A DNA stretch of 59,302 nucleotides, filler included, from Sphacelaria rigidula (taxonomy: Eukaryota), in NCBI GenBank assembly GCA_964200075.2. It is 6 parts of 6 records of this genome, joined end to end, with 100 filler letters (N's around TTAATTAATTAA, not from the genome) between each part and the next. Parts side by side here need not be neighbours in the genome. Positions count along the whole stretch, not along the records: positions 39,604 to 49,403 come from CAXNAA020007737.1; positions 49,504 to 59,302 come from CAXNAA020007738.1; 4 more parts are not named here. One strand, written 5' to 3'. How positions within the stretch are numbered: position 1 is the first letter of the stretch; each line of letters starts with the position of its first letter. The position numbers and the translations under genes were made by a program. A model generated the notes under the pieces. The model worked only from the letters and a program-made list of their open reading frames with translations, was not told the DNA's origin and did no database searches. Shown here one piece after another: positions 47,778-59,302 of this stretch.

Positions 47778-47889
47778 CGCGTGACCATCTGACTGGCCTC
47801 AGAAATCCTCTGGTGGGTTCTTCAAACGTCTCCCCACATGCTGTCCGTTTTGAAACTCCCAGTCGGGACAGCGGAGTTAGTTCGTAAGA

Positions 47890-49300
47890 AGGATCAAGCA
47901 GGACTGTACCGGTGCATCAGATCCTTGAAACTGGAAGGGAAAAAGTAGAGCGACTCAAAGTAGGTCAGGAGCGCGACTGGCGAGCTGTTGCGGGACAAGC
48001 AAGCTATCCTGCAACGATGGGAGGAATTGTTTGAAACACTACTAAACGCAACTTGGCCTACGATCGACCGCTCTGTCATCGATCTCATAGAGCAGAAGCG
48101 GCGGGAAAGCTGGCAAACGGCAAGGCCGCTGGGACAGACAGCATTGTGGCGAACTCTCGAAGCTCGGCCATACCGAAGACTCTGCCATCCTAAAGTGCCT
48201 CCACAACATCGCGCTCACCGTGTGGTGTCAGGAAGCAATGCCGCAAGGTTGGAAATATACCATCATCAAGTTGCGTTTCAAGAAACAGGACCCGCACGAA
48301 TGCGGCAACTACCGCGGCATTTCTCTCTGGCCCCACGCGGGCAAGGTGGCACTCAAGATACTTACGACTCGCCTCAGCGCCTACTACGAGTGTAAGGGAA
48401 TCCTCCTAAAAACGCAATGCGGTTTCCGACCTGGCCGATCCACAGTCAGTCGACATTTCGTCGTGCGCAGGCTCCAAGAACTGGTCAGAGAGAATAGTCT
48501 TCCTCTGTACATGTGCTTCATCGACCTCCAGAAGGCATACGACTCAGTGGACCGCTCTCTTCTCTGGACAGTTCTAGCACGCTACGGTATCCCCGCCAAG
48601 GTGGTTTCTATCATCCGCCGAATCCACGACAGCATGCGGGCATGCGTACCCCTGGACAGCGGCGAGACATCTGAGTGGTTGAACGTAAACCAGGGCCTCC
48701 GCCAAGGCTGTGTGCTTTGCCCTGGTCTGTTCAAGATCTTTTTCGCGACGGTGCTTGCGGTGACGTTCGATAGCTTCTTGATCAATAAAGCGGTGGCCCA
48801 GGACTTCATCCGCATCGCTGAAAGGGGCGGGAAGACCAGGGACGAACTCAGCAAAGTGCTCTGGGTCATGCTAAACGCCGACGACGCTGGCATCGCCTCG
48901 CAGTCCCAAGTAAGCCTGGAAAAGATGATGACGACCGTCGTCGAAGTATATGCGGCATTCGGCCTCATCGTGGCGGAAAAGAAGACGGTCACCATGCGCA
49001 TGCGCGCTCTGAGCGTGGAGGCGGATACAGTCGAGATGGAGGCAGCGGGCCAAAGATACAAGCAAGTTGAGACTTTCCTCCACCTTGGCGGAAAAATCAG
49101 GAGCATCGGTGGTGTGTCACTGTCAAGATCCACAGGCGCATTGGCCAGGCCTGGACGTACTTCTTCTACGAGTACAACAGCAGGGTATACGACAACCCGT
49201 ACATCGTCCTGGGCACCAAGGTTCGTCTCCTGAAGACTGAATTGGTCGAGGTGATGCTGTACGGCTGCGTACCCTGGACGATCGCTCACGACAGTTTCAC
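47890..49300 (+). mobile_element. RTE-clade LINE reverse transcriptase region, degenerate
   Basis: LRDKQAILQRWEELFETLLN, CGNYRGISL, QCGFRPGRST, FIDLQKAYDSVDR, GLRQGCVL and NADD (YADD altered) are present. The main ORF is 48220-49233, with frameshifts and stops on either side. Confidence 0.92.
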
Positions 49301-49403
49301 GGTTGGGACAGATCATCACGACTCAAAATCACCAAATTCACGACTTCTTCGGCCTGATTGTCCAAGAGGGAGCAGAAAGCTGATCGCTGCTCCCAGGGGT
49401 ACC

Positions 49404-49503
49404 NNNNNNNNNNNNNNNNNNNNNNNNNNNNNNNNNNNNNNNNNNNNTTAATTAATTAANNNNNNNNNNNNNNNNNNNNNNNNNNNNNNNNNNNNNNNNN
49501 NNN
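49404..49503. other. artificial contig linker
   Basis: Same N-TTAATTAATTAA-N spacer. Confidence 0.98.
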
Positions 49504-52500
49504 AGTCTTTGCAGTAGCATGGAAGGTCATGCGACCGCTGCGTACCGCTTCTACGGCCTCTGTTGCACGTTCTGGGTCCACCTTTACTCTCTGCATGCTT
49601 AGCAACCGATCGACCAAAAAGCCGATTTTGAAAAACGACACACACGCCCGTATTCACAGTGCTGTGGGATGGTATTTTCTGATACAAAAAGCACGTGCAG
49701 AAGCTCACCAGAGAAGGGGGTGGATGGTATATCATTTCCAGGTGTGGCACGATCATTGGCGCTTTCGTAAATGATCGTCTTTGGTTGACAGGGATTATCG
49801 TCCGAGGGGGATCCAGAATGTGCGGGGCTTGAGTCGTCGATTGAAGAAGTAGTGCGGTTAGAGCCATGTGATTTTGTTTTTTCCGGGATGCTTGATAGAG
49901 CCGTCGAGCTCAAAGTCATCGCATTTTGGAGAGATTGAGGTCGAGAATTTCCGTTTGAAAGAGGTGTACGTAATGATGCGCGCGCGTCCTGGGGGGCAGG
50001 CTTACGGGGCTTCCTCTTTCGCCGTGACAAAGGTCGGGGAACTTCCAAAACATTTGGGGATGATACCATAACTGCGTCCAGTTGCGTGGATGGGGTCAGC
50101 ATCGGGGCATGACGGAGCGAAACTTGTGGGCTGCTTTCCGTAGTCAAGCTTGGCTGTTGGGGTATAGCCGAAGATATGTTGGGGCGGTTGGTTGTTGGTA
50201 AAACCGGCCGAAGGTAGGTCCGTGCGTCTTGAAAATCGCGGGGAAGGAGCCCGATCGAACTGATTGGGAATTACATGATCCGATGTGGTCAGGTTTAAAT
50301 CAGCAACACTTGGAACAGCTGAAAAAGGCTTGCTGCTACCTGTGCGTGCGGTCGCTGAGGGAAGCCGTTGCCTCAGGGACTGGCGGTTGGTCTTCCCACA
50401 CCTCAGACTTATACTCGGTACTGAAGGACCAAGTTCAGTGCCGGGTGTAGGTCTGAGTCGCGGGGTGACACAACTGTTACGCGGTGTGTGGAGGGACGAA
50501 GGCGGGGGTCGATTTGAACGGCCGTCAGTTGCACTCCTGCATAGTGCTGGCGGAGCCGGGCGGACAATCTTAGTCGCGGGCTCTGCGGGATGTGTTGAAA
50601 ATTGTGTGGAGGTTCGAGACGGGGGTCGATATGAACGGCCGCCAGTTACGCTCCGGGGTAGTGCCGGGAAAGTCGAGTGAGCAATTTTTGACACGGACTC
50701 CGCGTGCTGTGTTGAGAAAGTCTTCGATCGTGCTATCGACGGCGTGGAAGACCGAAGAACGCCGGCGTCGGCACGTCATGGATCTAAGCGATCCGTAGGA
50801 AAGGTACAGGGTTTCTGGTGTTGGGATTAGAACTTTGTGTCGGTCCCGTCCGCTGGTGTCTATCAGCGGAACGTTTGTTGTCGCGAGAATTTTGATCGGT
50901 CTGGCCAGGGCTTCCGTGATTGTTGTCGAGTCGGCGACCGCGATTAGAGCTTTTGTTGCCACATTGGTTCGAAATACTGCGGTAATTTCGATTTGGTGGA
51001 TGATAGTCGCGCATGCGTTTTTGCTATCGGCGCCATGCGGGTTCATTGTCCTGCAATTCAGGGTTCATGAGATCGAAGGCATTGACGCATGAACTATCGC
51101 AGTCGCGCATGCTGTGGCCTTGAACACTACCGTTGATGCAACTGTTGGCATGACTGCTGAAGGCATTGCGTCTAGCGGAAGACGAAAGAAGTGGGTTCCA
51201 CAAATGGGGGTCATTGGTAATGAATGCCGTTGTTGAAGTCAGATAAACATCATCCCAAGTTTCCTCGGAAAACGGTCAACTGTCAAAACTCGCGCTAAAT
51301 GCGTCCTTGGTACTCAGAACATGCATTACTGAACCGGCGACTGAGTCGGGGATCCATGAAGCGCGAGACGAGCTCGAATTCCTGCCACGAGCCCCTTGGG
51401 CATGAGCGGAGGACACAACCGTAGGTCGGGAACGTACAGGCGTTGAAGGTTTGCCACTTATGGCAGGCGTTAGATTACCCTCTTGGTGTACAAAAGCAAA
51501 TCACATAGTATCAACGCAGGCGTGAAGTACCTCGCGATGCGCCAAGACACCCGGAAACAATGACGGCATCAGAGCCAGATACTGTTGAGCAACGCTATTG
51601 CGAACATAAGCCTGACACATTGCGTCGCTCGGTCCATTCTGGCGCCCGACACCCGTCGTACCCGAAACCAAAAGCTAAAATTCGCGGAGATAATCCGCGA
51701 AGGGGACATCAGAGGCGACAACAAAGGAACTCAGCCTCTGGATGGCACTAGCCTGGTCACTTTTATCGAAGTAACCGATCAGACGCCTCTCCAAATCAGA
51801 GAGTAGTACCGGGCCTGTCTTCCCCTTGGCACGATCCGGGTCCATCTCCGCGAAGAATCCGTCGAGGGCCTGCGTCAAAAAAGCAGCGAGGTCGGGAGAG
51901 CGGCGGCTGATCGATCGATGCATTGCTTTGTGCAAGGGAGTCTGCCAGCCCTCTACCTAGTCGGAGTCTTCGAAACGTTGTGTGCCAGTCACATCCGCCA
52001 AGTGAAGGATGTTACAAAAAGTACGGCGGATGGACATGATGAGGGCAGAAGTAAACTGGCCCGAATCTTCGTTATTCGCGGCAGGCATGGTTTTGATGTG
52101 CCAGAAGTTTTTCATATCCATCTGAGAATACTGTCTCTGTATTGCAGCTACTCGTGTAGACTCAGCTTAATCGGAAGCTGCTTTTTTGCTAGCTTCCGAA
52201 CGTTCTTTGTCAGCCGCGGCGGTTGCTAAAGCGCGGGCTGCAGTAGAAGACAAAGGGCGGTCAGGTGTATCCGTATCGGACAAACCTAAAATGGGGGCCG
52301 AAATTTCAGCCAAATTAGGAACCACTTGCCTGGGGGTCTCCGAGCCCCAGGCAGGAAGATCTGCACCGGACCGGTTCCAGGCCGATGCGGATGATCCGGA
52401 CGAGCTACCTTCGGTGTTCTTGCCTTTCGGCTTGCGAGGCGGGCGGTTTGATCCGGAACCGCCCGAAGAGGATCCTCCACCGCCATGGCGGCGGCGTGAA

Positions 52501-55277
52501 TTCCCTCCATCGTTATCATCGTCATCGCGCCGGTGATTTTTCTTCTGTCCCCGGCAGGTGAATGTTGCGGGAGTCCACCCATCTTCATCTTCTTCGCCAT
52601 TGATGGGAGCGCCGGGATGAGAGTCAGAAGCGGCGCGTAGCGCCGCAAAAAAATCGATGACAATGTTATTGTAATGCTGGATATGCGGAATACTGCCGAT
52701 AGTCGCGTGAAGGACCAGTTGGCCCAAGATGATCGCCGACACACCTTCGTCCGGGAAGAAGCCACCCTGGTCCACGTAACCACCAATGACGGCTAACATG
52801 CGTTGGGAAATGTTGTTCCAAGCATGGCGGGAGCAGTTGAGGTGGTTGCGGCGCTGGAAGGGGCCGGTATAATCGGCCGTAGACCGAGAAAGCCACACTC
52901 GTTCGTGTGGGACAAGTTTCAGGTTTTGCGAAAAACCTGTGTGCGGCGCCGAGCTAACTCCTTGAGGTGGCGGTGTCGGAGGCGTCGTGGCGGTGGCAGC
53001 GGTCGCAGCAGACGACGTCCTGTTGGACTTGCGAGGAATTACATACGTCGCTCTGTTGGGCGCCGACAGGTGGGGCCTGAGTAAGTGGTCGGTGGAAGGC
53101 GGGGTGGCTTGATGATCAGTTAGGCGGGTCGCTGACGAGGCCGCTGCTTGGGCGGTCCGTTGAACGTGATCTTCGAGCTGGCGAACCCGTCTTTGAGCCA
53201 CCATCGCGGCAGTGCGGCCTTCCTCGAGCGCCCGTTGGGCCGCCGTGCTCGTGGATTGGGCAAGGGAGGCCTGCCGCTGGAGGTCCTTGAGTGTATCCGG
53301 GTGCTCCTCCAGAAGGAGGCGGGCAGCGGCGGCGTCAGCGTCGCGTTGTTTGTCGAGGATATCCTGCGTCAGCGCAGGCTCCTGCGATGCATAGCCAGCT
53401 ATCAGTTGTTGCTATTCCGCGCGGGGCCTGTTGGTGAAAAGACGTAAGAGCAGGCCGGTTGGGCAGTGCTCATCGCCGAGCGGAGGAAGATCTTTCACCG
53501 AAGGAGGCGAGCGCACGGAGACGTCCCCGACAGGGCCAGTGGTGGGACCACTATCCGCATCTGTGTCTACTGCAGGATGAGCGGCAGCAGGAGTTGGGAC
53601 CGTGGCTGCAGTGGCTGCGGCAGAAGGCGCAGTGCCCATGGTAGTGGCGGCTGCGGCGGTAGTGGGAGCGACATTAGTGGTCTCCCTCGTAGGCTTAGCA
53701 GCAGCGGTAGTGCATTTGGTGTCCATGGTTACTGTTGCGAGTTGTCGTTCAAGATCTGTCAAACGTTGTTGCAGAGAAAGAATAAGCGCAGCGTCGGAAC
53801 GGAACGGTGGTTCGCGGGCAGTGCGTGGTCGTCGCTTGTGCGACGAGGTGCGGCCGGATCCCTCAATTGCGGATTCCAGAGCCGGTGACATGTCCGAAAA
53901 CATATTTTGGATATCATGAGCATGTACAGTGTTACCCTTGCGTACATGACGGCTGTGTGACAGATGCAGAGCAGGAGAGATGCGCGAGGGTGTATGATCG
54001 GTGTTTTTCGAGCGCGAGTGAACGCGCGAAGAACTTGATCTGTACCGCAAGGCATCCTCGTGAGTATGTTCACGGTTAGCATTCACCCGGCGCTGCGGAG
54101 CGAGTGGTGAGTTGGAGCTATGACGTGAACTACCGTCGCAATTGTAACCATGAGTGACGTTTTTCGGGCGTGTAGGAACGCGCGATGAAGTCAAGCTTTG
54201 CTGGGAGTTGTCCTTAGAACTGCCAGAACGGGAGACATGGCCGTGACCCAGTCTCTGTGTGCGGCGCCGGTCAGAAGCGCGAGTAAGGCTTTGCTGCGAC
54301 GTTGAGGAAGGGCTGGACTTATATGCGTTGGATTTGTCATGAGTGACGAACGGAGGACGCGATGTCGCCGAACGGGTCGCCAGACGTACGGATTTGGGCG
54401 TGGCAGGTGCAGAATCATCATTGAATTGCACATAAGTAGACGCCGATTGATCTTGGAGCGTTGCGTGGCAAAAAGCCGTAAATGCCTCGATGAGAGCTGG
54501 CGCTGGTGATGGCGACGACGCCGAGGAGGTGCGATGCAGAGTTTGCATGGCAGCATGCATGGCCGCAACTGCCGGTCCGATACTGGACTGCGCAGTAGGG
54601 CGCATGGGACCATCAAGAGTCGTGCGAAGGGGGTCCGTAACGGAAGCAGCCCGTGTGACGAAGTCTCTTGCTCCAGAAGCGATGTGCTTCGTCGGGACAG
54701 AATCGTCTCGAGAGTTGTCAGCCGTCAAGCGACGGGGTGCCACGGTTGAAGCAACCGTGACAGGGCCAAGCTGGACACGTGTGTCCAGGGGCAACGACTC
54801 GACTGAGGGCACAATCCTAAGTCCGGATTCCACATTTGCATTCGGGAGAGCAGGGGCCAGCGAGGGGTGTGCGACGGAATCCACCGTTATGGGCTCACTG
54901 ACATGCCCGTCAGGAACCAACGACTCGGCCGGCTGCACTACCATGTTCTCTGAGTCCGGGTCGGAACGTGAGAGAACAGGTCTCGGCGTCAAAGCCTTGT
55001 CTTCAAGCCTTGAAGAACGAGCTTCGCTCGAAAGTTGGTCTTCATATTCTGATGATCGAACAGCGCTCGCATACGTGCGGCGATGAGTTGAAGGTGACGT
55101 GCCACTCTTCTTAAAAGATTGCGAACTGCCAGTGGTTTGACTCCGGGTCCGGCGAAGCGGTTGGTTTCCCAATTGAGGGGAAGAGCCAGCCTTATTTCTG
55201 TGCGACATGATAATCCTACGCAGCCTTTGTGCTTCAAAAGGAATGTGCAGTGTGTCTGATCTGCGGGCTCTAATCAA
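49504..55277 (-). mobile_element. decayed LTR-retrotransposon gag-like polyprotein region
   Basis: Long same-strand ORF remnants lie at 55277-53412, 53204-52167 and 51935-51480. There is a capsid-like helix AIQRLSSFVVASDVPFADYLREF*LLV...QQYLALMPSLFPG and a zinc-knuckle relic C-I-N-[G]-SVQG-H-SMRD-C at 51140-51099. In-frame stops are present. No RT, integrase or LTR pair was recognised. Confidence 0.6.
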
Positions 55278-57974
55278 ATGAGCGTGACACCAAGAGATGC
55301 TACGTGCAAAAGCCGAAGCTTGTATCCGGGAATAATGGATAATGAAGCCTAATAGCGCCTGAGGGGACCGTGGGACCTGATCTGCTTGAGTAATTTATTC
55401 AAGCGAATCGCTGTTTGTAACAACTATGTCCGGGGTCTGATTAATACAACTTTATTCAAGTTGTGGCGGTAATAGCTAGCACGGGGTTGTGTACAGAACA
55501 GACGTATGTCGTCGAAGACAAGCGAAGGACCCGATTATCTGTAGCAGCGTTAGTACGCAGAAGTCGTATAATTTACACGTGTTCCGGATGTAGCGTCACG
55601 GGTAGACTATAACTGTATTATCCCAGCACAAGCTGAGGGGCGACTGGCTGTGTGCAAATGAAAATAATTACATACTTTCTCAGATGCGCACGAAAATTGT
55701 GCAGCGTAAGGCAGCACAAAAGCTTTTACAAAGCTTGGGTTGTAGACCGCGAAATCGGACTGCGTAGTGCAGAGCGAAGGCTTGTTATCCAACGAAGTTG
55801 AGACAACGTATGTATGTGGAATGAAGGCGATGTGATGCACAACAGGGGCAACGCTGAGAGCGGGTGCCGAAAAATTGTAGTGCACAGGCAAGGGGCACCG
55901 ATTTCGAGTGCTGTCTGTTCAAATGAGCACGTAACGGAGGTTGAAATGTTTCAACTAGTAGTATTTGAACGAAACCGTCTCGAAACAATACATTTGTTCG
56001 TTCGAGAAGGGGTCAAAGGAGAAAAACTCACAGTACGTTGTGCTGTGTATTGTTACTCACCACAGTGATGTATCGCGTTGCCCTTCGGTTGTGCGAAGTA
56101 CAGAAAAGGACAACAATAAGAAAGTAGCCACAAGGAACGAAGCTAAAGCTACAACAACAACAAGGTAGCTACAAGCAACGAAGTTAAAGTGCCGCGACGG
56201 GTCCAAATTTCGTGTACAGGTGTCCGTTGTCACAATATGGGAGCACGGGTTGTACTTATCCAGCAATTTCGTGAAGGAAAGATACAACGGTCGCGTACAA
56301 TCGATACCGAAAAATAAAAGCAGCAGCGTGCTGGTTTGGCAGAAGCTGAGGTCACCGACAGCGGCTGGCTATGAACAACAGTGCGCCTTTGTGCACTGGT
56401 GTTGTGTACAAACCTGTAGTAGAAGACCTCTTCAGCAGAAGGAAAGGGGGGTAACAAGACAAAGTACACGAGCCAACGATGGCTTGGCGCGTTGATCGTG
56501 CCTGACTAAATGAATCACCGAGAAATTCACTACGTGCAGTTGGACTGATGCAGTGCAACCTTGTGCAGGCGATGTCCAAATTGACAGCACGGTGAAAGTA
56601 GCAAGCAGTGCGCGTTGGCCCCACGTAGCACAAGTTGTGCAGTCAAGCGCTACAGTAAGTTGCAAGTAGCAGGGCACGAATATTCCTCACCGAAGGACAC
56701 ACGGGGCAAAGGCTTCGGAGCTGCTGACTATCTAGGGCGATAGATTCGACTATAACTGTCCTGAAAGGAACGCAAGGGGGTAAAGAAATGATCAAAAAGC
56801 TGGGGCTACACAGGTGGGCAGCAGGGGTACAAATCGGGAGCAAGAAGGAAACGCAATAGCCAAAGAACAAGCTCCTTAGTCAAACGCCAATGTAATGAGG
56901 AGCAAGCGGTAGTATAATGCAAGGACACGGCTTGTAACCCAAGGCACTAGCTTGGCAGGCAAGTGTACAGCCGTCAGGCTGCTACAGCTTGTAGATACCG
57001 TGTAACCTGCTCAGCATCCAAATATCAGACGAGGTTTCACGCGAATAGGTTCTTTACTTCTCCTGGTTATCTTGATTCTAACTCCAGTACCCACTTAATC
57101 AATCCAACCCAAAGTAGCCAATATTTCTCACCGATGGTTAGACTTCCTTTTTCTGGCTAGCAGAGGGGAGCAATTGGTAGTGATTGATGGTGCGAGCTTT
57201 GGTCGTGTTACTCTAACCCTAACCCATTGATGGTGCGACATCATGTTACTGTTGTACTACTACTGTGCTCTGCATTGGTTGTGCTGGCTCGGATTTAAAT
57301 AGTTTGACCCAAGTTGCATCACGGTCAGGGTCGTGGTCATGCGGCGGTGACTAGCCGCACGTGTTTTTGCCATTATCCCAGGGCGCACATGAAAGTCGAT
57401 GGTGCACCGGGGTGCACATTAAATTTTTCCGGGTTAACTAGCCTCCGTCGATCGGCTGCCTCCTTGATAATCAGGAGTGACATCCCAGCCTATGTTCTCA
57501 ATGATGGTTGCAAGGCTTATGCCACCTGATTACGAATCCTTTACGTACGTGCACTAGTTCGAATTAGAGATTTCGATATCGTCAAAGTCAATGTGGTACC
57601 GATTGCTCGAACAAATCAACCATACTCTATCGGCAGCCATCCAATAGGTGAAATCGTGAAACTGCCATGTCATCACGACGATATTCCGATTATTATGTAC
57701 GATGAGAGAGTATCCTACTGGTCGGGTGCCTTTCCAAAGAATTGGATGCTCACCATCGTCACTTTTGCCTTGAATATAAAACAATTTGCACTCCGGACCC
57801 CAAGGATTGGATTTTCATTGGTTCCAAATATTTTCCGACCCGTCGTTGGGCTATATATTATGAAATGGTTGCACACACGAACGGCATGTTGTTGCCAGGT
57901 GGCTGGTACAGGTGTACGATGGTCGTTAATTATTTCAAATCTCACACCAAGGGAAGTTTCAAGCCGGAACTTGA

Positions 57975-58558
57975 CCCTTCGACGACGAGAGTAGGTCATC
58001 GGTTGAATCGGCATCAACTTCACTTGAAAAAGGTATGCGTGATTCAGATGGACTACCTTCGCCGTCTAAGGGATAACCCTTCGACCCCGGCAAGGGGAGT
58101 CCGTCTGGATCACGCATACTTTTTTCAAGTGAACATTGATGACGATTCAGTATGCCACCTACCCTCGCGGTCATAGGGTTAACCCTTAGCCCGTGATTCG
58201 GGGGTGTGTGTTGTTGTCCCATTTGTTTTTGGTACTCCATCTTCTTTCTGCGGTGCTTGCCTCTCCTTTTTTATCGCGGAAGGGGTTGAGCAGTCCCTTT
58301 CCCTCGTCGACCACCAAGTCGAATTCTGAATTCTGTGTACCCACGACATAGTCGCTCTCCACTGTTGGGCATGGCGTGAGAAACAATCCCAGATCGCTCC
58401 AAGATTTGAACCCACGACCCAACCCTCAGAAGGCTCCGAGGTTACCAACTAAGCCACCGGGGCGACCGCCGCGGTGCGGGTAGTCCATCTGGATAACGCA
58501 TACTTTTTTCAAGTCAAAGTTGATGCCGATTCAGCAGGTGACCTACCCTCGCGGTCTA
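57975..58558. mobile_element. three abutting piggyBac-like MITEs, the third interrupted by a SINE
   Basis: Copies at 57975-58072, 58077-58178 and 58183-58558, separated only by ATAA and TTAA. Confidence 0.7.
58227..58467 (-). mobile_element. tRNA-derived SINE (copy 3)
   Basis: Minus-strand head GGTCGCCCCGGTGGCTTAGTTGG...GGGTTCAAATCT; the body is homologous to the other two copies. Confidence 0.8.
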
Positions 58559-58599
58559 TCGAAAAGAGACCTGAAAAAATGTTCGTAGATAAGAGTTGA

Positions 58600-58810
58600 T
58601 GGGGAACATCATGGAATGTTACAAACTCACACTAACACTAACCCTAACCCCGACCCAAGCGCACGAGACCCTCGGGCGAAAAAAGCAAGGTGTGCGTTGG
58701 TAGACTTCGAATCGTCGCGGCAGGCGCCGATTTCGACAAGAGCACGTTCTGGACGAACTGGGTCCACTGCGCACCTGCCCCAAAACATATGTTTTTCAGA
58801 ACTTCATCAA
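58600..58810 (+). repeat. dispersed repeat with degenerate (CCCTAA)n units
   Basis: ACTAACACTAACCCTAACCCCGACCC, then CACGTTCTGGACGAACTGG.TCCACTGCGCACCTGCCCCAAAACATA; homologous to 26940-27155. Confidence 0.65.
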
Positions 58811-59302
58811 CTCTAAAATCGAGTAGTCATCCCTGTCAACCGTTGTGTACGAAAATTTCACAAGGTCAACTGCTCTAAAGGTCAACGAGCCTCTTATTAT
58901 GCTAGAAGCCAACGTGTCGTGCAACAATTTAAAAGGTGAATGTCACGCCGGTCGAAAACAACGGTCACCTTCAATCCTGTATTTAACTCTCAATCTCACG
59001 AAAACATTGTTGTACGCTACGGCCAACACCGTACTTGCTACAATAGGAGAGGGGGGGGGGTGTTAGATTCCACGAAAAAATGGGCTCATAGGTGCGTCAG
59101 ACGATCCAACATACTCGCGGTGCGCTTGTATATGGGTAAAAGCGATGTCAGAAAATATGAACAAGCGTTACAAATCAGAAGCAAGCGCGTTCGAACTGCC
59201 GTTGTTGCTATCAACGACGATTGCAAGTAGAATTTCGTGGAAGAAAACGGCCCCAAATACCCCCCCCCACTCATCATAACACCATTCACGCTGCTTACAA
59301 AA

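Noticed and set aside
48582-49319. 245-aa minus-strand ORF
   Set aside because: Antisense shadow of the LINE RT.
57210-57225. telomere
   Set aside because: Only about two CCCTAA units at an internal position.

Overview
The window is not one locus. It is six unlinked contigs of about 9.8 kb (1-9801, 9902-19702, 19803-29603, 29704-39503, 39604-49403, 49504-59302) joined by an artificial 100-bp linker (44N-TTAATTAATTAA-44N). The DNA is intron-rich, repeat-rich and eukaryotic, most likely a brown alga (stramenopile); this is inferred from gene structure, RTE-type LINE sequence and TTAGGG-like repeats. Spliced gene fragments reconstructed by hand: an amidohydrolase_2 family gene (-, 7 exons), a UVSSA-like exon (-), presequence protease PreP/M16C (+, 7 exons), the first coding exon of a bactofilin-like cytoskeletal protein (+), and the last two exons of exportin-7 (+). 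The rest is mostly transposable-element debris: an RTE LINE reverse transcriptase, a tRNA-derived SINE in 3 copies, a decayed LTR-retrotransposon gag with a CCHC knuckle, a Harbinger-type transposase relic, and many MITEs (hAT-, PIF- and piggyBac-like, plus fold-backs). The most interesting item is the intron-containing eukaryotic bactofilin with a bacterial-style N-terminal membrane-targeting motif (MVFSRRK). Most ORFs in the supplied six-frame track are spurious. All family assignments are by eye; no search was run.
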